Source of the DNA: Candidatus Magasanikiibacteriota bacterium
GTDB lineage: Bacteria; Patescibacteriota; Patescibacteriia; Magasanikbacterales; GWA2-37-8
DNA: 64,000 nucleotides
Reading direction: 5' to 3'
NCBI GenBank assembly: GCA_943359595.1
Contig: CALRIA010000002.1
Span: 10,417 to 74,416 of the forward strand
Positions within the stretch are counted from its first letter, which is position 1; the number at the start of each line of letters is the position of its first letter. The notes beneath the pieces are model-generated. The model had not been told where the DNA came from. It was given only the letters and a program-made list of their open reading frames with translations, and made no database searches. Made by a program: the position numbers and the translations under genes. Shown here one piece after another: positions 48,251-58,105 of this stretch.

Positions 48251-48281
48251 AAATACCCCGATTTATGCGGGGTATTTTTTT
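48251..48281. terminator. Intrinsic terminator
   Basis: AAATACCCCG-atttatg-CGGGGTATTTTTTT. Confidence 0.8.
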
Positions 48282-49227
48282 ATTTGTCAAAAAGGGGATG
48301 AAATTCATGGTGTGTTTTTTCAGCATATCGATCTGATGCATGGACATACCTAGTAGTCGTATCTAGGGATTCGTGGCCTAAAAGTATTTGAATAGCCGCT
48401 GGATTAGCACCATTTTCTGCCAAAAATGTGGCAAAACTATGGCGTAAAGTATGAGCACTAATCGGAAGATTTATATCAAGTAGTTCTCGATATCTTTTAA
48501 TTTTATATTGCAAATAATTGGTAGATAATTTTTTATTTTTATCGTTATTATTTCGGCCACGATATGGCACGAACAGCATGTCGGATGTGCTATTTCTTTT
48601 TTCTAGATAGCTTTTTAAGTGGGTGAGTGCCCGCGGTGTCAGATAAACAAAACGTTGTTTTTTTCCTTTTCCCATCACATATATTTTACCAGTTTGGTCG
48701 ATTTGTACCACCTTTAATGATAATAGTTCGGAGATACGCATACCGGTGGCAAATAGGGTCTCGAGCATCGCTCGGTTACGCAAAGCTACTTGAATTTTTT
48801 CTTCATATTTTGTCGGTGCTTCAATCAATTTAATCAACTGTTCAAATTCTGGCACGCGTGCGTATTTTTTTTCTGTTTTAATTAATTTTATAGAAGATGC
48901 AGAAATCGAAATATTATTATACTCAATTTCCTCAAGGAACTTTAGATATGAGCGTAGGGAAGACAGAATACGGTTTACTGAGTAACTGCTTAGGCTTTGT
49001 TTAACATCATTTTCGTTGGCAGTTTTTCTATCGTTGGAATGTAAAAATGCTTTGTAGCGTAAAATATCTTTTTTATCCAATGTATCAAAAGGTTTTTTTA
49101 TATCAGTACTTATAAAATATTCAAAGGTTCGTAAATCACGCTCATAATTATAACAAGTTTCAGGTGAAAAATTGTCCGCTTTTAAATGGAGTAAATAATC
49201 GTCCAAGTTTGGTAGCTGTATAGTCAT
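48280..49227 (-). CDS. Tyrosine recombinase, XerC/XerD-like
   Basis: RNRAMLETLFATGMRISE, GKGKKQR, HTLRHSFAT, LLGH...TTTRY. Confidence 0.92.
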   Translation of the reverse strand: MTIQLPNLDDYLLHLKADNFSPETCYNYERDLRTFEYFISTDIKKPFDTLDKKDILRYKAFLHSNDRKTANENDVKQSLSSYSVNRILSSLRSYLKFLEEIEYNNISISASSIKLIKTEKKYARVPEFEQLIKLIEAPTKYEEKIQVALRNRAMLETLFATGMRISELLSLKVVQIDQTGKIYVMGKGKKQRFVYLTPRALTHLKSYLEKRNSTSDMLFVPYRGRNNNDKNKKLSTNYLQYKIKRYRELLDINLPISAHTLRHSFATFLAENGANPAAIQILLGHESLDTTTRYVHASDRYAEKTHHEFHPLFDK

Positions 49228-49232
49228 AAAGA

Positions 49233-49464
49233 TTACTTTGCTATTATGTTTCTTTCTTCTAATAACATTTTACCCTTATTGCACTCTGAACACAATGTTC
49301 TGAGATTTTTTATTTCATTTGTACCACCAGCAACCACCGGCTTAATATGGTCGACCTCTAAACGGTCGTTTAAGGCGTCCTGGCCGCAAAGAACACATCT
49401 ATAGCCATCTCTTTGTAAAACTTCGTACCTGAGCTTAGGATAGATACCTTTTATTTAAGCGCAT
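49233..49464 (-). pseudogene. Small HNH endonuclease; frameshifted near the start or using a non-ATG start (absent from the ORF track)
   Basis: Translated by hand from 49448 to 49233: GIYPKLRYEVLQRDGYRCVLCGQDALNDRLEVDHIKPVVAGGTNEIKNLRTLCSECNKGKMLLEERNIIAK*. The ATG at 49464 is one base out of frame. Confidence 0.8.
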
Positions 49465-49575
49465 ATTTATATATCTTATTGAGTGTAAGAGTTATTATAC
49501 TCAATTATATAACAAGATAAATAAACTGTAAAGTATACTTTGTCCACATCAGATTTTTGCACTCCTCCTCCACCT

Positions 49576-50523
49576 TTATTTCCAGTACACTCGTTCGCCA
49601 AATCTCAAATCGATATACTCACTAGGATGATTTGCGGCTAAAATTATTTTTAAATTTCGTAGTTGGACTTGCCAATCAGAATCGGTATTTATTAATATAT
49701 ACCAAGGTTGTTTTACAAATAACTTTAAATTAAAATCAGTATCACCTATTTTAAAATACTGCACTTCCGCTACATTTTGTTCTTTTAAAAATTTACTCCA
49801 TTCGACGGCTGATTTGATTACTTTTGATGATAACAACTCCTTGTATTTATCTGTGGTCAATTTGTCATTGAAAACAACCGGGAAATACCCGTATGCAGTT
49901 TGGATTTGTTGATAAGTGTTTAGATGAGTATTTGGTGCAGTTACACTACTAGTAGCGACAGTATTAGCATTTGTGATTGGAATGTTGATGAATTCATTAA
50001 GCTGTTTGATAGTTTTTCCATCAGCGTCTAACAAATAATAATTTGTATTATCATCATAGATTACACTAGCCGGTTTTTCGTTCACTACTATTTGAACAGT
50101 ATCTGGAAAAACTTTTTTAATCTGAACATTTTCATATAAAAATGTTTGTTTGATTTTTTCTGCTATAGATTTGTCTGGAAATAAAAAATAATTATTTTTT
50201 GAAAAATTAAACTCACGAACGTAATTTTCCACTTCGGTTGCTTTGGTTATTTTATTGCCAGTAATAATAATTTTGGTAATTTTAAAATAAGAAAGTGTTA
50301 AAATTAATACTATCCAAATTAAAATAAGTATTATTAAAAATATCCACACTAGTTTTGTTTTGCTCTTAGATGCTGGTATTTCCTTTTTAAAAGGATTTTT
50401 TAGGGCTGATTGTTGAATGTCCCCCGCTACTTCTTTTTTTTGACGTTTAGTTTTAATTTTTTGCCAAAAAGATTGATGTGGTTTGTATTGATTAAAACTT
50501 TTATTGGAATGAAAATATTGCAT
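49576..50523 (-). CDS. ftsQ: FtsQ/DivIB-like POTRA protein
   Basis: Single TM segment, FKITKIIITGN, KKVFPDTVQIVVNEK, C-terminal YIDLRFGERVYWK. Confidence 0.75.
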   Translation of the reverse strand: MQYFHSNKSFNQYKPHQSFWQKIKTKRQKKEVAGDIQQSALKNPFKKEIPASKSKTKLVWIFLIILILIWIVLILTLSYFKITKIIITGNKITKATEVENYVREFNFSKNNYFLFPDKSIAEKIKQTFLYENVQIKKVFPDTVQIVVNEKPASVIYDDNTNYYLLDADGKTIKQLNEFINIPITNANTVATSSVTAPNTHLNTYQQIQTAYGYFPVVFNDKLTTDKYKELLSSKVIKSAVEWSKFLKEQNVAEVQYFKIGDTDFNLKLFVKQPWYILINTDSDWQVQLRNLKIILAANHPSEYIDLRFGERVYWK

Positions 50524-50525
50524 AA

Positions 50526-51638
50526 TTAAACAATAATTCTTGGAAGTAATGGGTTAATTCTGTCTATCACTTCATAGTTTATCGTGCCAATTTGTTTGGC
50601 TAAATCATCAGCACTGATAGCGCTGTTACCTTGCTTACCGATAATTATTACTTCGTCATTGATTTTAATTTTTTTAATTTTTGTTACATCAACCATCGTT
50701 AGATTCATACAAATACGACCACGAATTGGACATTTAACCCCTCTTATTATTACTTGGCCAATATTTGATAACTTTCGATCCAGCCCGTCCCAATAACCAA
50801 TTGGTAGTATGGCAATTTTTGATTTTGTTTTGGTAGTATAACTTCCACCATACCCTATTTTTGTATTTGGTTCAATATTTTTGAGTTGAATAATTTTTGT
50901 TTTCCAACTTAAAGCTGGCTGGAGTATTATATTTTTTTTACTTTTTTCATTTGGATATAATCCATACAAACTTAGGCCCAACCGAGTCGCGCTAAAGTGT
51001 GTGTCTTTATGAAAAATAGTAGCGGCCGAACAGGCAAAATGTTTGATTGGGATATAAATATTATTTTTTTCCAATTCGTCAATTACCTTTTTAAAAGTAT
51101 TTTTTTGTTTTTTGGTATATTCAAAATCATCTTCGCTGGACGCAAAATGGCTCCAGATACCCTCTAGCTGTAGATTTTTTAGTTCAGTGATATCTTTGGC
51201 AATTTTCAAAGCTTCATTTGGCATTACTCCAATTCTAGTGGTACCAGTATCTATTTTTAAATGAACCTTCACTCCCCCGTCCAAATTTTTTGCTAAATTA
51301 TTTAAAAAATAAATTTGTTCTGATAAATAAACAGGGAAAATGACCCCGTGTTTAATGGCGGTTTTAATTTTCTTGATATCTAGCTCATAGAAACTTAAAA
51401 TCATTATCGGTTTTTTGATACCGTTGTTTATCAAGCTGAGCGCTTCATCCAGATTTACCACACAAATACGGCTAACAAAAGAATTGAGGTCACAAATTTT
51501 TGCAACCTCAACCATTCCGTGTCCGTAGGCATTAGATTTTACTACTGGCATCAGCAATACATCTTTACCAACTAACTTTTTAAATTGTTTTAAGTTAAAT
51601 TCAATCGCTTTCTTATTGATTACGATTTGCGTAAACAT
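50526..51638 (-). CDS. alr: Alanine racemase
   Basis: VVKSNAYGHG, HLKIDTG, GYWDG, GRICMN, TINYE. Confidence 0.96.
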   Translation of the reverse strand: MFTQIVINKKAIEFNLKQFKKLVGKDVLLMPVVKSNAYGHGMVEVAKICDLNSFVSRICVVNLDEALSLINNGIKKPIMILSFYELDIKKIKTAIKHGVIFPVYLSEQIYFLNNLAKNLDGGVKVHLKIDTGTTRIGVMPNEALKIAKDITELKNLQLEGIWSHFASSEDDFEYTKKQKNTFKKVIDELEKNNIYIPIKHFACSAATIFHKDTHFSATRLGLSLYGLYPNEKSKKNIILQPALSWKTKIIQLKNIEPNTKIGYGGSYTTKTKSKIAILPIGYWDGLDRKLSNIGQVIIRGVKCPIRGRICMNLTMVDVTKIKKIKINDEVIIIGKQGNSAISADDLAKQIGTINYEVIDRINPLLPRIIV

Positions 51639-51639
51639 A

Positions 51640-53451
51640 TTATTTGATGCCCATCATTTTTTTACGAGCTTCATTTTCATTCAATATTTGTTTACGGATG
51701 CGGATATTTTTTGGAGTGATTTCTACCAATTCATCATCACCGATATATTCCAAAGCATCTTCAAGATCCATAGTTTTTGGCGCGTTGAAATGTTCGGACA
51801 CACCATCACCTTTGGAGCGCATGTTAGAAAGTGCTTTTGTTTTGCAAACATTCACACGTAAATCCCCATTGCGAGCATGTTGTCCTACTACCTGACCAGC
51901 ATATACTTCTACAGCTGGGCCAAGAAACAACAAACCTCGATCTTGAGAATTTAATAAACCATATAAATTGGTAATGCCAGTTTCGTGGGCCACAAGTGAT
52001 CCCTGATCGCGTTCTTTCCAATCTCCTGGATCTGGGTAATAACCATTGAAAATAGTATTAACGATTCCCATACCTTTAGTATCGGTTAAGAACTCAGTAC
52101 GATATCCAAACAAACCACGAGTTGGAATCAAGAATTCAGCAAAGAAAATACCGTTTTCAATATTCATGTGTTGCATCAAGCCGTGGCGTGATCCCATTTT
52201 TTGAATAACAGAACCAGAAGCAAATTCAGGCGCTTCAACATAGATAGTTTCAAAAGGTACCATTCTTTTTCCATCAATTTCTTTTACGATTACTTGAGGG
52301 CGAGAAACTTGAATTTCATAACCTTCACGACGTAAGCGTTCAATCAAAATTGCTAAGTGTAACTCACCACGACCAGAAACAACCCAATCATTGTTTTGAC
52401 CATTTTCAACACGTAAGGCCATGTCGGTTTCAAGTTCTTTGTACAATCTTTCGTTGATTTGACGAGAAGTGGTAAATTGACCTTCTTTTCCAGCAAATGG
52501 AGAATCGTTAACCATAAAAGTCATCTTAACGGTCGGTTCTTCAATTTTCAAAACTGGTAAAGCGATTGGGTTAATTGGATCAGCAATAGTTTCACCAATC
52601 ATACCATCAAGTATGCCAGCTACAGCCACGATATCCCCGGCTTCAGCATCTTCAGTGGTACAGCGATCTAAACCTTCAAAGGTCATCAAAGCGACGATAC
52701 GATGTTTGGAGATTGTTCCGTCACGGCGAATGCGAGCAACTTCTTGGTTGGCTTTCATTCTACCATTTAACAACTTACCAGTAGCAATACGGCCTTTGTA
52801 GTTATCTGCAGACAAAGTTGTAATTAACATCTGTAAAGGCTGATCGGCATCACCACTTGGTTCTGGAATATAACTAATAACAGTATCAAACAATGGGCTG
52901 ACATCAGTCATTTTGGATAAATCTGGTTCAAGACCAGCTAAGCCTTGTTTGGCACTAGCATAAATAACTGGGAAATTGGCAGTTTCGTCGTCTGCCCCAA
53001 GTTCTAAGAATAGATCAAAAGTTTTGTCCAAAGCAAAAGCTGGACGAGCATCTGGTTTGTCAATTTTATTTACAACTACAATTACTTTTAATTTCATTTC
53101 TAAAGCTTTTTTCAATACAAAGCGAGTCTGAGGCATCGGACCTTCCTTAGCATCAACCAAAAGCAAACAACCGTCGGCCATGGTCAAAACGCGCTCCACT
53201 TCCCCACCAAAATCGGCATGGCCTGGAGTATCGATAATATTTACCTTATGGTCACCCCAACGCACTGAAGCGTTTTTGGAAAAAATAGTAATACCGCGTT
53301 CCTTTTCTAGATCGTTACTATCCATGACACAAATTTGATCAACGGTGTCTTTGCTAAATTTAGTTTTTGCCTGACGCAAAAGTGCATCCACGAGAGTAGT
53401 TTTTCCATGATCAACGTGAGCGATAATGGCAATATTTCGAATCTTCTGCAT
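51640..53451 (-). CDS. typA: Translational GTPase TypA/BipA
   Basis: AHVDHGKTT, DTPGHADFGGEVER, GRGELHL, DELVEITP. Confidence 0.97.
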   Translation of the reverse strand: MQKIRNIAIIAHVDHGKTTLVDALLRQAKTKFSKDTVDQICVMDSNDLEKERGITIFSKNASVRWGDHKVNIIDTPGHADFGGEVERVLTMADGCLLLVDAKEGPMPQTRFVLKKALEMKLKVIVVVNKIDKPDARPAFALDKTFDLFLELGADDETANFPVIYASAKQGLAGLEPDLSKMTDVSPLFDTVISYIPEPSGDADQPLQMLITTLSADNYKGRIATGKLLNGRMKANQEVARIRRDGTISKHRIVALMTFEGLDRCTTEDAEAGDIVAVAGILDGMIGETIADPINPIALPVLKIEEPTVKMTFMVNDSPFAGKEGQFTTSRQINERLYKELETDMALRVENGQNNDWVVSGRGELHLAILIERLRREGYEIQVSRPQVIVKEIDGKRMVPFETIYVEAPEFASGSVIQKMGSRHGLMQHMNIENGIFFAEFLIPTRGLFGYRTEFLTDTKGMGIVNTIFNGYYPDPGDWKERDQGSLVAHETGITNLYGLLNSQDRGLLFLGPAVEVYAGQVVGQHARNGDLRVNVCKTKALSNMRSKGDGVSEHFNAPKTMDLEDALEYIGDDELVEITPKNIRIRKQILNENEARKKMMGIK

Positions 53452-53457
53452 ATTTAA

Positions 53458-54693
53458 TTATAGTTTTTCTAGACCGCAATAAGGCTGCAGTACTTTTGGA
53501 ATTAAAATCGATCCATCCGCTTGCTGATATTGTTCCACAATCGCTAGAGGAAAACGACTGAGCACTACGGCGGTACCATTGAGCGTGTGCAACAGCTCGG
53601 TCTCGCCATTTTCTTTGCGGTATTTAATGTTTAAACGTCTTGATTGATAATCAGTACAATTGCTACAGCTGGTAATCTCGCCATATCCGTTATTCATGGT
53701 CATCCAGGCCTCCAGATCGTATTTACGATAAGCCGGTCCACCCAAGTCTCCTGAAGGGATATCTATCACGCGGTAGTTTAATTTCAGCCCATCGATAATC
53801 TCTTTTTCGATAGTTAAAATTTCTTGGTGCAATTTTTCACTTTCTTCCGGTTTACAATAAACAAACATTTCTAGCTTGGTGAATTGATGCACGCGGTACA
53901 AACCTTTGTTGGTACGTCCGTATGCACCAGCTTCAGTGCGGAAACAGTGTGATATAGCTATATATTTTTTTGGGCCATTAGTCAAGTCTAAGACTTCATC
54001 GGAATGATAGCCACCCATCGTAATTTCAGCGGTTCCGATAAGGCTTAAGTCGGTATTTTCAATGGAATATGTTTGTGTTTCATTACCTCTTGGATTAAAA
54101 CCAATCCCAGTCAATATTTCATTTTTAGCGACATCTGGTGTTTCCATTAAAGTATAACCATGTTTGGTTACTACGTCGATGCCGTAATTAATTAATGCTT
54201 GATTTAAGCGTACTAGATTATTTTTGGTAAAATAGAATTTGGTTCCAGCTACTTTTGTTCCCCGCTCAAAATCTATTAAGTCATTTTGAATCATCAGTTC
54301 CTCATGATCTTTTGGAGAAAAATCTAGCTTAAATGTTTTAGGGCTCTGAAAAACTATTTTATAATCATCCTCTCCTCCAATTGGACTATTAGGGTGTGTC
54401 AGGTTTGGAACTTGCATTAGATAATTTTTGTATTCAACCTCAACACTTTCCAGTTTTGATTCCAGTTGTTTGATCTCTTCCCCAACATCGCGCATCTTGG
54501 CTATTTCTTCATCGGTTGGTTTTCCTTTGGACTTTTGATTGCGAGTAGCACGTAATTCTTCTACCTGTTTAAGTATAATACGGCGCTCTTCATCTAATTG
54601 TAGTAATTTATCTAAATCCAATTTAACATGGCGATCAATACAATTTTGTTTTATTAATTCAATGTTTTTACGAATAAATTTAATATCTATCAT
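53458..54693 (-). CDS. serS: Serine--tRNA ligase
   Basis: GTAE, FRTEAG, RVHQFTKLE, SNCTDYQSRR, HTLNGT. Confidence 0.97.
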   Translation of the reverse strand: MIDIKFIRKNIELIKQNCIDRHVKLDLDKLLQLDEERRIILKQVEELRATRNQKSKGKPTDEEIAKMRDVGEEIKQLESKLESVEVEYKNYLMQVPNLTHPNSPIGGEDDYKIVFQSPKTFKLDFSPKDHEELMIQNDLIDFERGTKVAGTKFYFTKNNLVRLNQALINYGIDVVTKHGYTLMETPDVAKNEILTGIGFNPRGNETQTYSIENTDLSLIGTAEITMGGYHSDEVLDLTNGPKKYIAISHCFRTEAGAYGRTNKGLYRVHQFTKLEMFVYCKPEESEKLHQEILTIEKEIIDGLKLNYRVIDIPSGDLGGPAYRKYDLEAWMTMNNGYGEITSCSNCTDYQSRRLNIKYRKENGETELLHTLNGTAVVLSRFPLAIVEQYQQADGSILIPKVLQPYCGLEKL

Positions 54694-54697
54694 ATAA

Positions 54698-55717
54698 TTA
54701 ATCTATATATTTTTTCAAAATATTTTTATTTTGTTGGATAATTTCTTTATTCAATGGTAAAAAATCTAGTTTCAAAGCTTTCTTCATAGTAAACCAGCCA
54801 TAGTCACACGTTTCATTATCAGCAATATTTATTTTACCGGATTTAATTTTACAAATGTAAATTATCAAAAATACTTGGTAGCTATATTTCTTTTCTGTTT
54901 TGGTTAAAATTTTTTGTAATAGTTCGATTGGTTCCACACTGAATCCAGTCTCTTCTTTTACTTCACGTTTTAAACTGGAAATGATTTCTTCGCCATTTTC
55001 CACTCCTCCACCTGGGAATTCCCATTTGTTGTTAAATTCCGAACGGGTGTCACGACGTAAAGTAAAAAACATTTTTCTATCTTTTACAATTATGGCCGCT
55101 GGCACTATAATTTGTTTGAAAGCAAATTGTTTGGATAAATAATGACCAACTTTTACAATTGCTTGTCCACGATGGCTGATAGTATTTTTCTCTGGAATAG
55201 TTAATTCGGAAAAATTCTTTTTTAGTGGTGGATAATAAAAAATACAATCGTAATTCATGCCATGACGAAAATCTGAGACGCTTTTTTCAGAAATAATTCC
55301 GTCTACTCGCCCTGGAAACATAGCAAATACATCGGTGTCAGGATGATACACGCAGGCATGGGTTTCAAAATAAGATTGACGTTTGGAAGCTGGTACTCCT
55401 TTTAAAAATTTGAGTATTTTTAAATTGCGCTGTTCGGCCGTTGAGGCAAACCGCTTGGCCTTTATCCCTGGCTGTCCCTTTAGATGGTTTACATAAAAAG
55501 CAGTATCTTCAGCCACGGTCAATAGTCCGCTTTTTTTGGCATAAAATTTGGCTTTGTTTAAAGCGTTTTCCCAGGTAGTTTCAAACGGTTCTTCAGCTTC
55601 TACTTTGTCTAGCCCGAGATCTTTTAAATTTACAAATTTAAAATTTAAATCACCAAAAAAATTAACGATTTCGTTAAATTTTCCTGGATTAGTAGTGGCA
55701 ATTAAAATTTTTTGCAT
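54698..55717 (-). CDS. RdgB/HAM1 non-canonical purine NTP pyrophosphatase fused to a NUDIX hydrolase
   Basis: ATTNPGK...ENALNKA...EKNTISHRG, then WEFPGGGVENGE...REVKEETG. Confidence 0.9.
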   Translation of the reverse strand: MQKILIATTNPGKFNEIVNFFGDLNFKFVNLKDLGLDKVEAEEPFETTWENALNKAKFYAKKSGLLTVAEDTAFYVNHLKGQPGIKAKRFASTAEQRNLKILKFLKGVPASKRQSYFETHACVYHPDTDVFAMFPGRVDGIISEKSVSDFRHGMNYDCIFYYPPLKKNFSELTIPEKNTISHRGQAIVKVGHYLSKQFAFKQIIVPAAIIVKDRKMFFTLRRDTRSEFNNKWEFPGGGVENGEEIISSLKREVKEETGFSVEPIELLQKILTKTEKKYSYQVFLIIYICKIKSGKINIADNETCDYGWFTMKKALKLDFLPLNKEIIQQNKNILKKYID

Positions 55718-55718
55718 T

Positions 55719-56114
55719 TTAATTTTTATCTCTAAATTTGGAGCTTTTATAAATATATTCTTTGTAAGGTGGCAAACGTACGATTTTTATATTAGGAAAA
55801 ACTTTTTCTAAATTATCAGTAAAAGCTGTCTGATCATATCCCAGAGCAATTGTATCTGGATTTTCTTCTCTAATGACTTGATATTTATCATCGATATTTC
55901 CCAAAATAACTTTATCAGCAATATTTAAATCAACTATATTTTTTAATCTTGTTTTTTCGTTATTTTGTATTTGAATATTTTTTACTGTTTGCACAGTTGT
56001 ATCACGAGCTACTATCACTACAAGGCTGTCTCCCAACTTCTTCGCTTCAGTAAAAAGAAACAAATGCCCGGGATGTAAAATATCAAAAGTTCCAAACACC
56101 ATTACCTTGGACAT
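55719..56114 (-). CDS. Cytidylyltransferase-family nucleotidyltransferase (RibL/FAD synthetase-like)
   Basis: FGTFDILHPGH, VARD, PDTIALGYDQ, KSS. Confidence 0.85.
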   Translation of the reverse strand: MSKVMVFGTFDILHPGHLFLFTEAKKLGDSLVVIVARDTTVQTVKNIQIQNNEKTRLKNIVDLNIADKVILGNIDDKYQVIREENPDTIALGYDQTAFTDNLEKVFPNIKIVRLPPYKEYIYKSSKFRDKN

Positions 56115-56115
56115 A

Positions 56116-58023
56116 TTATTGCATCATTTCAAAATCTTTGGTGATATTTTCTACTTCTTTTTTCTTTCCAAAAATTAAAACACCAAGGAAATTAATTTGT
56201 TCGCTACTTTTACTCTCTTGTTTTTCTTTTACTTTTTTATAATTGGTGGAATCACGCATTTCTTCAGTGAAGCAAGTAACGATCATTTCACCTTTTTCAG
56301 CCGCTCTTTTTAATTTTAATAAATTTTCTTTTTTATCAGTCTGTTTCATCATGATGGCGTGTTGGATGTTCATTGGAATTTTTTCGCCATCGGTGGTGGT
56401 CGTACTGTCAATAAAAATAAGTTTTTTACCTTCACGAGCAGCAAGCGCCGCGGCTAAGTGAGCGGCGGCATTTAGTTTGCTCCACTGTGGAACTTCAGCA
56501 GTATTTAATAATACTGCGTGAGCCACCATAGTTTCTTTGCCTTTACCGACTTCACTTTGTCGGACGGATTCCGGTCGCATCGTTGGAAACAAGATTACTT
56601 CTTTGAGATTGTCGACATCTACCAATAATTTAATCAATCGATCTATTCCCATTCCTAGCCCGGCAGTCGGTGGCATGCCATGTTTTAATGCAGTAACAAA
56701 ATCTTCGTCATAAGGCATACTTTCTTCATCACCAGCTTCTTCAAGACGGGTTTGTTCTTTAAAACGTTCTTCCTGATCAAGCGGATCGTTTAGCTCAGAA
56801 AAGGCATTACAGAGTTCATTGCCGCCAACGCACAATAATTGAAAGCGTTCTACATAGCGTGGATCGGAAGTTTTTTTCTTGGCCAGAGGAGAAAGCTCGA
56901 CTGGGTGATCAATCATAAAAATAGGATTGATAATATGAGGTCGGGCGTATACTTTATAAATTTCATCGATCAATTTTCCACGACCGGTGCCCGGTTTGAT
57001 GTCATCAATTTTTAGTTCAATCGCTTTTTCGAACATGGCTTCATCCGTAGGAAGATCTTCAATATCAAATTTGGCATATTGTTTAATAAGATCACGCATA
57101 GAAACGCGTGGATATGGTGTAGTAAAATCAACTTCTTTACCACCAATATTTAATTTTAATTCTTTACCGGCAGCCTTGATTAATTTTGGTAATAGATCCT
57201 CCATCAAATCCATCAGCTTGGTATAATCAGCATAAGCCCAGTAAAACTCAATTTGGGTAAACTCCGGATTGTGGTTATGGTCAATCCCCTCGTTGCGAAA
57301 ACATTTGGCGATTTCATAAACTTTTTCAAAACCACCAACAATTAAACGTTTTAAATATAATTCAGGCGCAACACGTAAAAATAAAGGAATATCTAAAGCG
57401 TTGTGATGAGTGACAAAAGGTTTGGCCAAAGCACCGCCGTATAAAGTTTGTAAAACGGGAGTTTCCACTTCATAAAAACCAAGATCATCAAAATAATTGC
57501 GAATTTCTTTTACAACATTACTGCGAATTTTGGCGATTGCCATAGAATCGTCATTGGCTAATAGATCCAAATAACGTTTGCGGTAGCGTTGTTCAACATC
57601 CGTTAGGCCGTGAAATTTTTCTGGTAATGGTAAGAGTGTTTTGGAAAGTAAAGTATAATCTTTTACCAAAATTGAAGTTTCGCCGGCGTGAGTCACAAAA
57701 ATTGTGCCTTCAACCGAAATAAAATCACCTAAATCAAAATTTTTGACAAAAAATTTGTATTTTTCTTTTCCAAGTTCTTTTTCCGATACGGCTAACTGCA
57801 TCTTTCCAGAAGCGTCTTTAAGATGAGAAAAGCAAAGTCTACCCATTTCTCGAATAGCCACAAGACGGCCACTTGTTTGGATTGGTGTGTCTGTTGCCAT
57901 AGTTTTGGCCTGTTCAAGCGGAACCCCCTTTTCGCTTTTGGCTGGATATGGTTCAACGTCAGCGTCTTTGATAGTTTTTAAACGCCCTAAACGGGTTTCA
58001 AATTCGTTGATTTCTTCGGACAT
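56116..58023 (-). CDS. lysS: Lysine--tRNA ligase (class II) with a C-terminal DUF2000-like extension
   Basis: RYRKRYLDL, APELYLKRL, FRNEG, GMPPTAGLGMGIDRL, ILFP, then ~150 extra aa. Confidence 0.96.
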   Translation of the reverse strand: MSEEINEFETRLGRLKTIKDADVEPYPAKSEKGVPLEQAKTMATDTPIQTSGRLVAIREMGRLCFSHLKDASGKMQLAVSEKELGKEKYKFFVKNFDLGDFISVEGTIFVTHAGETSILVKDYTLLSKTLLPLPEKFHGLTDVEQRYRKRYLDLLANDDSMAIAKIRSNVVKEIRNYFDDLGFYEVETPVLQTLYGGALAKPFVTHHNALDIPLFLRVAPELYLKRLIVGGFEKVYEIAKCFRNEGIDHNHNPEFTQIEFYWAYADYTKLMDLMEDLLPKLIKAAGKELKLNIGGKEVDFTTPYPRVSMRDLIKQYAKFDIEDLPTDEAMFEKAIELKIDDIKPGTGRGKLIDEIYKVYARPHIINPIFMIDHPVELSPLAKKKTSDPRYVERFQLLCVGGNELCNAFSELNDPLDQEERFKEQTRLEEAGDEESMPYDEDFVTALKHGMPPTAGLGMGIDRLIKLLVDVDNLKEVILFPTMRPESVRQSEVGKGKETMVAHAVLLNTAEVPQWSKLNAAAHLAAALAAREGKKLIFIDSTTTTDGEKIPMNIQHAIMMKQTDKKENLLKLKRAAEKGEMIVTCFTEEMRDSTNYKKVKEKQESKSSEQINFLGVLIFGKKKEVENITKDFEMMQ

Positions 58024-58046
58024 AAAAATTGAATAATAATTGGATT

Positions 58047-58075
58047 ATTATACCAGTTATTGCATAAAAAGTCAA
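58047..58075 (-). promoter_or_regulatory. Promoter of the lysS operon
   Basis: TTGACT-17-TATAAT with TGn. Confidence 0.7.
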
Positions 58076-58105
58076 AAAACCCCAGATGTTATCCGGGGTA
58101 ATATT

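Noticed and set aside
47979-48280. Intergenic unit as tmRNA, RNase P RNA, SRP RNA or tRNA
   Set aside because: It lacks their hallmark motifs (tRNA-like ends with CCA, GAGGAAAGUCC, SRP loop, cloverleaf).
49455-49485. GCGCATA-containing stretch near the xer/HNH genes as a dif site
   Set aside because: Only a partial XerC-like arm is present, with no XerD-like arm at the right spacing.
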